DNA from: Mobula birostris
Lineage: Eukaryota
NCBI RefSeq assembly: GCF_030028105.1
Contig: NC_092397.1
Coordinates: forward strand, 20,656,630 to 20,720,629
Length of the DNA stretch: 64,000 nucleotides
Direction of reading: 5' to 3'
Under the pieces are notes generated by a model. It saw only the letters and a list, made by a program, of their open reading frames with translations. It did no database searches and was not told the origin of the DNA. The translations under genes were made by a program, and so were the position numbers. Shown one piece after another: positions 52,048-64,000 of the stretch; the first letter of the stretch is position 1; each line of letters begins with the position of its first letter.

Positions 52048-52460
52048 AAATACGCCTTATCGCCCTTCCTTATACAGTCTGGAGGATAGTCGTGGGGCGT
52101 TTATGATTGGTGAAACAGTGCCTTATTTGATTGGAAAGATGAAGTATTCTATTCAGAGAGCTGCTTTATTCACCAATCAAGAGACAGCAACGGCAGAAGC
52201 GCGGAAAATAACCGTTTAGCCGCTGAAATAAACTGAAATTTGCAAAAGACCGCCAAAAAAGCCGTTGGTGTTGAAATTAAACAGGTTTGTTTGTCGACCC
52301 TTTACCCCCGTTACTGAAGTCCGACACATTTAAACCGGGTGTATTTAATACTGCGATGGTGTCTGGGAACTTAGTTCACCGATTTCTTTCAATTGATAAA
52401 CAATTGGAATAAAACAGATTCTCAACTTCTGTTCGCGGTCGGTCATTGTGAACGGGTCGC
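52048..52460 (-). promoter_or_regulatory. Orphan H2A promoter (no H2A CDS)
   Basis: Aligns with 43235-43680. TATAAG at 52069-52074, CCAAT boxes at 52106, 52130 and 52173. Confidence 0.75.
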
Positions 52461-52793
52461 CCTTCAGAAAGTGGAGCTGTAACAAATACTCTGAACGAAC
52501 CGTGACCGTGTTCAGCTCTCGCGTTGGAATGGGGTTAAGAGAAGTAACCAAAATGGGACAAAGCTTAAGGAACCGCATTCTCCAGGGCAATTAAACCAGA
52601 AACAATTAGTATCCTCTTCAGGGAAATTAGATGAACGAGAGGAAACGACGAGGAAGGGGTGCGTAACGATTCCGTGTCTGTGCAGTCGGCATGGATGTAA
52701 TAGAGAAATCGGGATTATACTGAGCAGTGGACAGCAAGCTCTGATTAACGGAAATAAGATTCTGAAATGAGCTCATCAACAAAAAAATAACTT

Positions 52794-53237
52794 TTAAAGA
52801 AGCCGTGAGTGGGTTTTAAAAGAGCCTTTGATTTTCCGGTTTGTTTTGTCATTGAACTTGTCTTCACTTGAGCTGGTGTACTTGGTCACCGCCTTTGTCC
52901 CTTTGGATACGGCGTGCTTGGCCAGCTCCCCGGGCAGCAGCAGGCGCACGGCGGTCTGGATCTCCCGGGAGCTGATGGTGGACCGCTTGTTGTAATGGGC
53001 CAGGCGGGAAGCCTCGCCCGCGATGCGCTCGAAAATATCGTTGACGAATGAATTCATGATGCTCATGGCCTTGGAGGAGATGCCGGTGTCGGGGTGAACC
53101 TGCTTCATCACTTTGTAGATGTAGATGGCGTAAGTCTCCTTCCTCGACCTCTTGCGCTTGTGGCCAGACTTGCTCGCTGGTTTGGACAAAGCTTTCTTGG
53201 CGCCCTTCTTGGGAGCGGGTTTCGCTGGATCCAGCAT
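52794..53237 (-). CDS. H2B: Histone H2B copy 2 with C-terminal read-through extension (variant or young pseudogene)
   Basis: ATG at 53237 ([12 protein letters not shown]), 147 aa. A 1-nt deletion near 52870 puts the normal TGA (52864-52866) out of frame. E113K. Stem-loop mutated at 52811-52826. Confidence 0.6.
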   Translation of the reverse strand: MLDPAKPAPKKGAKKALSKPASKSGHKRKRSRKETYAIYIYKVMKQVHPDTGISSKAMSIMNSFVNDIFERIAGEASRLAHYNKRSTISSREIQTAVRLLLPGELAKHAVSKGTKAVTKYTSSSEDKFNDKTNRKIKGSFKTHSRLL

Positions 53238-53284
53238 TTCCTCGTCGGGTTCAAACACAATAATAAGCAGAAGCTGTTCGGAGC

Positions 53285-53510
53285 GCGGATTAAATAGGCA
53301 GCGCCCAAAGCGGTATGTTAATGAGGATGGAAATGCTGAGCATTTCCATTGGCTGTTTGGAGAAATGAATCACCAATCGGAACGCTGGGGGATGGGTAGC
53401 GGCGCCAATGGGCGGGGTTTACCGCTGTCGTTTAATGCGGGAGGAAGTACTGAAGGGCAGAGACAGGCCGGGGTGCGGGCTGAAATTGAAAAGGGAAATG
53501 CAAATTTCAA
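53285..53510 (-). promoter_or_regulatory. H2B copy 2 promoter
   Basis: TATTTAA, degenerate octamer ATGTTAAT (53315-53322), CCAAT boxes, perfect ATGCAAAT (53498-53505). Confidence 0.7.
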
Positions 53511-54649
53511 AGGCAGAATTAAATAAAATCAGATGAAATATTGTAAAATTAAACACTAAGCCATTTAGTTCATGACATAGGGCTGCAGGAGAGTGAAGGA
53601 GAGATTTGGACATTTCAGTGTAAAGTTTAAATCGAGTTTATTTATGCACAGGTGAAAGGAACAAAGTCTTTGTAGCAGCATCACAGACATATTGCCTCAG
53701 AGACACAACACTGACAAGAAACACTGAAATTAAATATGAATTATACCAAAATATTCAAAGAGACAGAAGACTATCAGAACAAAATCAAAATAACAAACAG
53801 ATTATGCAGGCAGTGGGAGAATCATTCTTCTTGTGCTTCTTCATCTCGTCACTCTGGATTCAGTATCACACAACGCAGCCACTTTGATCTGGCCCATGCC
53901 TTCATTAACCAGGTCCAACACTTGCCTTTATTGCATCTTCCTTCTCCTTACACTGGTCATCAGGTTTGTGGGGGTGTGTGCCCCCTTGGACCTCAGGATT
54001 AGGTTTGAGGGTAGGGCTGGTGGATGTATATGCGGGGCTGGGAGAGATAATGCTGTGGAGTTTAGTATGGTGAGATATGTGGGGCTGTGGTAGATAGGGT
54101 AGTGTAGTGTAGCTACTTCAATCTGGCCCATTCCCTTCATTAACGTGGCCTGACACCACTTGGCTTAATGAACCGGGTGTTGCAAAGGGACACATCGTCA
54201 GTAATGCAACCTGGGGTCATTGGGTGTTTTGGGTCTTTAATCATGAGACATCCTCACCCAGACAAACCAGCCAGGGTTAATCAGGCCCGCTTGTGTTTAT
54301 CCCATGGATCAAGATAATGAGAGGCATGTAATTCTGCATGTTGTGGGTATTTTAGACCTTGTTACTTGGCTTTATTTTGACCATTTGGGGAGTAGAATGT
54401 TCTGAGGCCTAGTAATCAGGCTTTACCTCCAAGTAAGGTTCAACTTTCCTACTTTCAATTTAGAATTGTCTTTATTTTGCATCTGTATGCCTGGGATTGC
54501 ATGGGTTAAATTAACAGTGTTCACTGCAGTGCAAATTAGTGATTAAGGTTGTGCAGATTGATCCATAATTCCAAAATGCAAACATCTCTGAAATCCAGAA
54601 TTTTTTGTGTTGACATGACGTCACAAATGGAGAATTTTACTCACAATTA

Positions 54650-55092
54650 AATGGCTTGTCTAATGAAGAGAGTTTCACGGCTCTGAGCCTCTATTCACTG
54701 GAACTTCGAAGAAAGAAGTCAAACCAATCAAACAGTGAAAGGGCTTGATTGAGTGGATATGGAGAGGATTTTTCCTGTGGTGGGAGTGTCTAAAACTGGA
54801 CCACACAGCTTCAAAATAGAGGAGCATCCTTTTAGAATGGAAATGAGGAGGAATTTCTTCAGCCAGAGAGTGGTGATTCTGTGAATATTTTTTGCTACAG
54901 GCAGCTGTGGAGGCCAAATCACTGGGTAGAGGCAGAGATTGATAGATTCTTGATTGGTCAGGGCATGAAGGGATACAATGGAAGGCAGGAGATTGGGGCT
55001 GAGAGGAAAAATTGATCAGCGATGATGAAATGCCAGAGAAGGCTCAACAGGCAAAATGGCCGAATTCTGCTCCTATATCTTATGGTCTTATG
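54650..55092 (+). mobile_element. CR1 3' fragment
   Basis: RRNFFSQRVVIL region and tail. Confidence 0.75.
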
Positions 55093-55260
55093 GACTCACT
55101 TAGTGACTAAATCTCTCCCAGAGACTGTTGATCTCAGCTTTGACTCAACCCAGAAACTGAGGCTCCACATTACTTATATAAGGAATACCGAGATTCTTTG
55201 TTCTTTGATTAACGAAATATCTCATTTCCATCCTGAATGCTTGTCATCTCATTCTGAGCA

Positions 55261-55490
55261 ACAGACACAAAATGCTGGAGGAAGTCAGCAGGCCAGGCAG
55301 CATCTATGGAAAAGAGTAACGAGCCGATGCTTCGGGCTGAGAACGTTCACGCTGAGATCTGATGAAGGGTCTCGGCACGAAGTGTCGACTGTTTACTCTT
55401 TTCCTTAGGGTCTGCCTATCCTGCTGAGTTCCTCCAGCATCTTGTGTGTGTTGTGTTTGATTCCCAGCAACAGCAGATTCTCTTGTGTTT
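55261..55490. mobile_element. Penelope-derived palindromic short element
   Basis: Two inverted PLE termini (55261-55350 vs 55357-55452), each with a degenerate hammerhead motif. Confidence 0.7.
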
Positions 55491-55499
55491 GTGATTTAC

Positions 55500-56990
55500 G
55501 CCTCATTCTGAGGGTATTTTCCTCAGTTGTGGAGTTCTCATTCAGCGGAAAGATTCTCCCTGCCGACTGCCTGTCACATCCTGAAAGAATCTAACAGATT
55601 TCCTCATTTTCTCATGAATGGCAGGGAATACAGACCCAGCCCACTCACTCTCCTCTCATATAACCAACCTTCCATCCCCGGAACCAACCCAGTCAGTGTG
55701 GAGAACAGTCACTGCACTCCCTCCATTGCAGGGATATCCTTCCTGAAGAAGTGTGACTAAACCTGGACACGATACTCAAGGTGTGCTCTCACCAGGGCCC
55801 CTATACAATCCCAGTGAGACTTCTGTACCCTCTTCTCCACTCCTCCTGGACCACAGGACAAAATACTGTTTCCCTATCTCATTACTTGTTGTATCTGCAT
55901 GTAAATTCAAGTGATTTGTTTACAAGGACGCCCAGGTCCCTCTGAACATCCCTGTGTGGAAATGACTCTTATAGTTTGTTCCTGAGGTTGGGTGATCTCA
56001 CATTTCCCCACACTCTGTTCCATCTGCCACATTCTCAACCACTCACTCTCCTGTCTACATCCCTCAAACCTTCTCACGACTGACACTGTCCCTCCCACTC
56101 TGCCACAGCAGCAGACGTAGTCACTGAGTCATGCAGCACAGAAACAGGTCCTTCAGCCCAACACATCTATGCTGACCAAGTGGCCAAACAAAACCATTGT
56201 CAGTTGCCTGCATTTGGCCCATGTCCCTGTGAAACTTCCCTCTCCACAGTCCAAGAGATATTGCAACTGTGCCCACCTACACCACCACTTGGGGTAGTTT
56301 GTTCCATGTAAACAGCACATTCTGTGTACAAAACCTGATCCTCAGGGTCCCATTTAAATCTTTCCTCTCTCAGTTTATATCTGGAATCTCTCGCTTCCAA
56401 CTCTATAACCCTGGAGATAACAGATTCACTATTGACCGTATCAATGTCTGCCATTATTTTCTCACCTCTCTAATATCACATACACTCTGGTCCTGGCCTA
56501 TCCAGCCTCCTGTTAAATCCCTTTTGCACCCTCTCCAGTTTAATGTCACCCTCTGATCCCAGGGCAACTATAACTGTACTCCGTGCTCCGAGAGTAGTTT
56601 CCCCGAGGCTGGTAGAGCTGTAATGTGACGTCACAGTCCAGTGCCCGATACTCTGACCGATGAATGCGAGTGTGGCGAACAGCTTCTTCACCGTCCTGCC
56701 TACCTGTGTTTACACTCTGAAGGAATTCTATGTCTGCACCCCGATATCTCTGTTTTACAGCACTCCCAGGGACAGACCATTCCCCACGGCAGTTCTGCCC
56801 TGGTTCGTCAATGACAACGGAACATCTCACATTTATCTGTCATTCCTCAAATCAGTGGCCTCATTGATCACCATCCTGTTGTAATGTTAGTTACATTTTT
56901 CACACTCCACGATATCACCAACTTTAGTGACATCGATAAATTTGCTGAGCCGGGCAGTGACGTTATCAGCCGAGTCTTTAATAAATGGAC
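55500..56990 (-). mobile_element. Old CR1 fragments (two nested)
   Basis: Degenerate RT C-terminal motifs and tail at about 56130. Confidence 0.65.
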
Positions 56991-57215
56991 GACAGCAGCA
57001 GCCCTGACTCAGCTCCCGGGCTTTTCCTCGCAGCGATACACGCGCAGTGCTGGAGGTACTCAGCAGGCCAGGCAGCATCTATGAGAAACTGGAAACAGCC
57101 AACGTTTCAGACCGAGACCCTCCATCAGCATCTGCACAATGGTCTTGTGTTTGGTTTTCCTTCGATTCTAAGTTACTGGATAACATGACCCATCCTCCAA
57201 TCCTCTGCCACCACT

Positions 57216-57410
57216 CCTGCCCGAGAAACGCGCAGAGACACAGAGGCGGGGAGGGGAGGAGACAGAGTCAGAGTGACGGACAGAGCCGAGAGCGGCCTCT
57301 CATCGTCCAGCTCCGTCTTCACTTTAATACACCCGGCAATTTCCAACGGTTTGTCCGAAACACAGAGCTCCAGAGAGAGAGGAAAAAAACTCCCTCACAC
57401 ACCACGTACA
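57216..57410 (-). promoter_or_regulatory. Orphan copy of the H4 upstream region, truncated before TATA
   Basis: Direct repeat of 58305-58486 and inverted repeat of 21402-21592. Confidence 0.85.
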
Positions 57411-57869
57411 GAAGGAGTTCTAGGAATTTACTGGCAGTCGGACTTCATCGGATCAGAATACAGTGTGATTGGCGCAGGATCAATTTCAAATTGCCCGCCA
57501 ATTTCAGAGCACCCAGCAACGGTGATGGAAGACTTATTTAAAATTATTTACCGTTAGTTTTATCACGCATTATACAATTTCAGTTTCATTTAATAAATTT
57601 AATGTCTAATCCCCTGGGTTAAGATTTAAATGCATAATTACGGAATCGTTTCTCTAAACGAGTGAACTGATTTCTGTCCGAGACGGATAAAAGGATGAAG
57701 ATCGATCTTAATGCGTTCAGAGGTTTTGTCGTTATCACGGACTGGAAAGGCAGATTCGCAGGAATATCTCAAGCCGAACCGATTAATCTGTTTCAAATGT
57801 AACTCAGCTGAATGTATCGATACAAACAATTAAGTCTGTGGATACGGCTCCGTCTGTGAGGCGGTGGGT

Positions 57870-57885
57870 GGCTCTTAGAAGAGCC
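57870..57885 (-). terminator. Histone stem-loop (H4 copy 2)
   Basis: GGCTCT-TCTA-AGAGCC-ACCCA on the minus strand. Confidence 0.93.
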
Positions 57886-57918
57886 TTTGTTTTGTGCTCG
57901 GGAGGAAGTGGGAGATTT

Positions 57919-58239
<321 letters not shown>

Positions 58240-58569
58240 TCACTCAGGTCGCTGCTCACTGACAAACTGCCTGCTGCTGTCTCCTTTTATACACAGCGCC
58301 CCGACCTGCCCGAGAAACGCGCAGAGAGACAGAGGCGGGGAGGGGAGGAGACAGAGTCAGAGTGACGGACAGAGCCGAGAGCGGCCTCTCATCGTCCAGC
58401 TCCGCCTTCACTTTACCACACCCGCCAATTTCCAACGATTCATCCGACACAAAGCGCTCCAGCGAAAAACAAAACTCCCTCACACACAGTCTGAAAAGAA
58501 CGAGCGCCAATGTCAGGCCAATAAACATGGTGGGACCGATGGGCTGAAATGAGTTTATTTCAACACTAG

Positions 58570-60545
58570 GAGTACTATGTTATCGGACGGACAGGGCTGG
58601 CAGCTCAACATTCCTGGGATTCATTGTTTTACATGTGAGTGGGGGGTTAAAAATGCAGAGGTTACCTCACTGGGAATGTCACAGCAAACTGGAAGGCTCA
58701 TTTACAGAGGCAACCTGCAGTTACACTGTTGGGGTGTTTGTATTGGCCCCGCAACAACCAGTGGGGGGACATTATCTTCTCTAGAATTGACTGGAACTTG
58801 CTTAATTCTTAAATGCGCCAGATTTCTTCAGTGAATCTGAGGAGTGTTTGAAACATTATGTACAGGGCCCAACCAGAGGTGAGAACAGTTGGGAATGAGC
58901 CAGGCCAGGTGACAGTTGAGGGTCAGTGAACATTTGGGAACAGTGATCACAAGTTTCTTTTTTCTTAGTTACAAGTAAAAATAAAAGTAGATCTTGTATG
59001 AAGGTACTAATTTGCAGGAGGACAAGTCAGGACGGAGGAAGACAGGAGCCAAAGGACATTGATTGGGAGCAGCCACTGTCAGACAAGTCCACATCTGATG
59101 TGTGGGAGTTGTCTAAAGACCAGCAACTCTGAGTTCAGGATCAGCATGTTCCGGTGAGGAGTGAGGAGAAGGATGGTAAGTAAGGGATCTTTAGACAAGC
59201 AGAGAGATCCTAAATTTAGTCAAAAGGTTATGGAAAGTTTGTGAAGCTAAAGTCAGACTGGGTACCTTTGGAATATAAAGGTAGCAGGGAAATGCTAAAG
59301 CAGGTGATAGGAAAGGCCAAAAGGGGCCACAAACTGTCCTTGTAATGTAGGACCAAAGATGATCCCAAGGCCTTGTGATTTGTATTAATAAGACGAGGAT
59401 AACCAGAGAATAGAAATGTCGACTCAAGATTAAAGGAGGAATGATGTGGTTGAAGTCAGATCAAGTGGCTGAGGTACTAAATGAGTACGTTGTGTCAGTA
59501 TTTACTGAAGTGAAGGAATTGAATGGCAATGAAAACAGAATGAGGCATGCGAATGTGCAGAGACATTTTGAGAGTAAGGAGCAGGTTGTGCTGGGACGTC
59601 TGAAAAGCAATAAGATGGATAAGACTCCAGGGCCTGAAGGCAAATATCCTACAACAGTGAAGGAAGCAAGTGAGCAGGCTGGCGATTTGACAAGGATCTA
59701 TGTGTCCTCAATCACAACATGTGAGGTCCCACAGGACTGGAGTATCGGAAATGTTGCAGCTTTGATCAAGAAGGGAAATAACAAGAATCCAGGAACCTAT
59801 AGGCAAGGCAGCCTCATTTCAGTGGTAGAGAAGCTACTGGGGAGGATATTGAGGTACAAGATTTATGCACATTCGGAAAGGCATGGCTTGCTTCGGGACA
59901 ATCAACTTGGTTTTGTGTGGGCAGATCACGCTTGATAACATGGATTGAGGTTTCTGAGGAAGTGACACAGACTAAGATATAGGAGCAGAATTCAACCATT
60001 TGGCCCGTCAACTCTGTTCCGACATTTCATTGTGGCTGATCCATTTTTCCTCTCAGCCCCAGTCGCCTGCCTTTCCCCTGTATCCCTTCATACTCTGACC
60101 AATCAAGAATCTATCAACCTCCACCTTAAATATACATAAAGTCCTGGCTTGACAGCTCCCTGTGGCAATGAGTTCCACAGATTCACCACTCTCTGGCTAA
60201 AGAAATTCCTCATCTCCACATTCTACAAGGATGCTTCTCTATTCTGAGGCTGTGTCCTGATATTAGTCACTCCGATCCTCTGCACATCCACTTTATGACT
60301 GTCTTTCACCATTCGATAGGTTTCAATTGGGCCACCCCTCATTGTTCAAAAATTCCAGCAAATACAGGCCCAGAGCCATCAAACGCTCTTCATATGACAA
60401 GCTGTTTCATCCTGCAATCAATCTGGACAACATCCTTTGAAACCCATCTGGTTTCAGCTCATCCTTCCTGAGATAAAGGGCCGAAAACTGCTCACAATAC
60501 TCCAATCAGACCTCCCAAGTACTTTATAAAGTCTGATCATTATTA
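58570..60545. mobile_element. Old CR1 (plus, 58570-59965) and CR1 3' fragment (minus, 59970-60545)
   Basis: KTPGPEG...KNPGTYR RT-proximal ORF (59441-59935) and an inverted 3' end. Confidence 0.72.
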
Positions 60546-60764
60546 TGATTGGCGCAGATATTGTGGGCCGAAGGGCAGGTTGCCATCTCTTCCATATTGT
60601 GTACTGATGAATATGTTTGATCTTACAGCTATTGCAGGGACATGGTTACAGAGACTGGGACTGGGAATTCGACATTCCACTATATTCAATGTTCCACACA
60701 GAATCAGCAAAATGGAAACGAGCAGGGTGGATTTGTTCATATCGTGCTGCTGAAGGAGTGGATA

Positions 60765-62312
60765 CAGTGCCTATAAAAAAAAGTTCAGTCTCCTTAGAAG
60801 TTATTATGTTTTATTGTTTTGCAATGGATTTAATTTGGCTTTTTTTGACACTGATCAACAGAAAAGACTCCACGGTGTCAAAATGAAAACAGATCTAAAT
60901 TAATTGTAAATATGAAACAAAATAATTCATTGCCTTAGTATTTACCTCCTTCAAATCCGTAATTAGTTGATGCACCTTTGGCAGTATTTACAGTTCAGTC
61001 TGTGTGGATAGGCCTCTATCAGCTTTGCACATATGAACACTGCAATTTTTCCCCATTCTTCTTTACAAAACTGCTGAAGCTCTGTCAGAATACATGGGTT
61101 AGTGAGCGAATACTTCTTTTCAAGTCCAGCCACAAATTCTCAATTGGATTGAGCTCTGGACTCTCACAAAACCACTCCAGGACATTAACTTTGTTGTTTT
61201 AAGGCATTCCTTTGCAGCTTTGGTTTTATGCTTGCGGTCATTGTCTTGCTGGAAAATTAATTTTCTCCTAAATTGCAGTTCATTTGAAGACTGAATTAGG
61301 TTTTCCTCCAGGATTTCCCTGTATTTTGCTGCATTCATTTTACCCTCTACCTTTATGTGGCTTTCAGGGCCTGCTGCAGTGAAGCATACCCACAGGATGA
61401 TGCAGCCTCCACCATACTTCACGATAGGGATGGTGTGTTTTTGATGTTGTGCGGTGTTTGGCTTACTCCAAACTTAGTGTTTGTGATGGTCAAAAGGTTC
61501 AATTTTGTTTTCATCAGACCATAGAATCTTCTTCCAACTAACTTCAGAGTCCCCCACAATTCTGGCAAACTCCAGGCAAGATTTCATGAGAGCATTTTTC
61601 AACAGTGTTTTTTTTCTCTGCCACTCTCCCATAAATCTGCGACTGGTGAAACACCTGGGCAACAGTTGATGTATGTGCAATCTCTCCCACCACTGAAGCT
61701 TGTAACTCCTCTAGAGTTATCATAGGTCTCTTGATGGCCTCCCCCACTGGCCCCTTCTTGCATGGCTGCACAGTTTTTGAGGATAGCCTGCTCTTGGCAG
61801 ATTTACAGCTGTGCCATATTCTTCCCACTTCTGGATGAGTGACTTAACTGTACTCCAAGGGCATTCAGTGACTTGGAAATGTTCTTGTATCCATCTCCTG
61901 GCTTGTGTTTGTCAATTACCTGTTTGCAGAGCAGCTCGGAGTGTTGATTTGTCTTCACGGTGTAGTTTCTCCCAGGATACTGACTCACCAGCAGTTCAAC
62001 CTTCTACTTACAGGTGTACTATTACTACAATCAATTGAAACACCTTCACTGCACACGGTCATCTCCATTTAACTGATCATGTAACTTCAAAAACTAATTG
62101 GCTGCACCAGAGATGATTTGGTGTGTCATATTAAAGGGGGTGAATACTTGAACAGACAATTATTTTGTGTTTTAGATTTGTAATTAGTTGAGAGCATTTT
62201 GTAGAGATTTGTTTTCCCTTTGACACAAAAGAGTCTTTTTCCATTGATTGGTTTCAAAAAAAGCCAAATTCAATCCACTGAGATTCAATGCTGTAAACTT
62301 TCATAGGAACTT
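60765..62312 (-). mobile_element. Tc1-like DNA transposon, degenerate
   Basis: TA|CAGTGCCTATAA terminus. ILWSDE, KYGGGCIILW and FQQDNDRKH transposase motifs in broken frames. Confidence 0.88.
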
Positions 62313-62399
62313 TATATGTAGGGACAATGATGGTGAAAGGGGGAGGGAAAGACAACATTGGTAGGAGCGGCCTCAAGATCCTGAGGTGTGGTCAAAGGC

Positions 62400-64000
62400 A
62401 TTCAAGGAAATATTAAATCAAAGAACATACAAAGAGGCGCTGGTGGTGCACAAGAGAATCAGAGATTTTCTAGGAACCAGTGAAAAGCTAAAAGTAACAA
62501 GGAACACGCAGAGAAGTTAACTCAATAATTTGCATTAGTGCTCACAGTGGGTCACAGCAAACATTCCACAGATATCTAACGGTGACATTTCAACATTGTG
62601 CCATAATGTATAACAATTGGCATCACAAGGGAGAAACTAATGGGACTAAAAGTAAACTTTACCAGGTCCCAACGACCTGCACTGGAGGGTTTCACAGGAA
62701 GTCTGTAGAGAAAGTAGAGACATTGAAGTTTGTCAAAACTCACTGTTACAGAAAGGTCCCAGTGGAGTTGAAAACCATTGCTGAAGAAGGGTGGAAGATA
62801 AAAACAGGTAACTGTAGTCCTGTTAACTTCACTTCAGGTACTGGAGTTGATAATCTATCAAGAAATAACAAATCATTTGGAAAAGTTCAATGTCTACAGT
62901 TAGGTTCACACAGATTCCACGATGACCAAAGTTCCCATCTGAACTTGTGGTCTGTAACGCCCTCACCACCACATTATGAAGAAGGTTATCTTCCTCCTTG
63001 TCCCATTTCTCTGCATTTGGCCCAGATACTTCAAAACCTTTCCTTTCCATCTATCTGTCCAAGTGCCTTTTTAATGTACCTGACTCAACCATTCCCCCTA
63101 GCAGCTCATTCCATTTCCAGCCTCCAGGTCCCTCATGATTTTATACACCTCTGCAATATCAGCACTCGTTCTCCAACATAACAGGGAAAATTATCCAAAA
63201 CACCTTTCCACAAATCTTTTGAGATCCAGTAACATCCCCGTAAATCTCCTCTGTGCTCTTTCCAGCTGAATGGTGTCTGTCATACAGCAGGGTCAAAAAA
63301 ACAGAACACTATTTGCAAAATGTGGCCAAAACAACATGTTGGACAAATGCAACATCTCATCCCAGCTTCTATATTCGGGGCCCTGACTGAAGGCCAGTGT
63401 TCCAAAAGCCTCTTCACCACCCTGTCCATCTGGAACCTGGTCTTGGACCCTGTAACCTGGGTTGCTGAACGTTCAGTCATGTTTGACAAACACACCAGAG
63501 ATTTGAGACTTTACAGGGGAAGTTGGAGAAGTGGTGTTCTTGGATTTTCGGGAGCCATTTGCCAAGGTGCCACAAGTAAGGCTGGTGCACAAGACCAGAG
63601 CTCAGTACTGGGAAGGAAGTGTGTTAATACTGACTGAAGACTGGTTACCATACTGAGACAGAATAACAGGTCTGTTTCAGACTGGGATGATATAACTAGT
63701 GGAGTGTCCCAGCGACCAGTTCTGGATTGTCAATGATTTATTATTGATATTAATGACCCGGAGGAGGAGGGGCAGAGAGTGAGGAATCCACGGTGGCAAT
63801 GACAGTGAATGTGGTGGGGGACATGTTGTGATTGGACATTTCATCTCTTTAATGGGACATGGGAAGCTGGCGAGCAGAATACATGGTAAATGGAGTTTAA
63901 TGTATTGAAGTGTGAAGGCATGTAGAAGTGGTAGGAGGAATCAAAAGTCAAACTATTATTTATGTGGAGATAAATTGTAAATGAGAGAAATAGAGAGGGG
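62400..64000. mobile_element. Old CR1 fragments
   Basis: Degenerate RT and 3' motifs. 62450-63295 mirrors 8925-9910. Confidence 0.6.

Noticed and set aside
53870-54160. ~50-bp imperfect direct repeat (about 53875 and 54108)
   Set aside because: Probably internal to an unidentified TE. No termini or ORF support a call.

Overview
Vertebrate genomic DNA. The repeat repertoire suggests a cartilaginous fish, probably a ray or shark (inference). The window is a dispersed, decaying replication-dependent histone cluster embedded in dense, nested transposon debris: CR1 LINEs, Rex1/Babar, an I/Nimb-like LINE, Penelope-like elements, two Tc1 copies, a hAT-like element and a solo LTR. Intact genes are H4 (+, 21667), H3.2 (+, 22674), a divergent H1 (-, 24652), H2A (-, 43184) and a second H4 (-, 58230). 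Both H2B copies are abnormal. One has lost its ATG and its stop codon. The other reads through its stop into a 22-residue new tail, carries E113K and has a broken 3' stem-loop. Relics include a half H3 pseudogene, an H4 3'-end remnant, orphan H2A and H4 promoters, and a C2H2 zinc-finger pseudo-exon made of 83-bp (frameshifted) units. Higher-order structure comprises an old inverted duplication (~8.9-22.5 kb vs ~57.4-63.3 kb) in which only the H4 unit is near-identical, a tandem H2B>H2A cassette duplication, and two convergent paralogous CpG promoter/first-exon modules. Penelope ends carry minimal hammerhead ribozyme motifs, one of them intact. No wholly new system is proven. The best leads are the H2B read-through variant, the H1 variant, the hammerhead hairpin elements and captured histone promoters. 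TE boundaries are approximate, estimated by eye.
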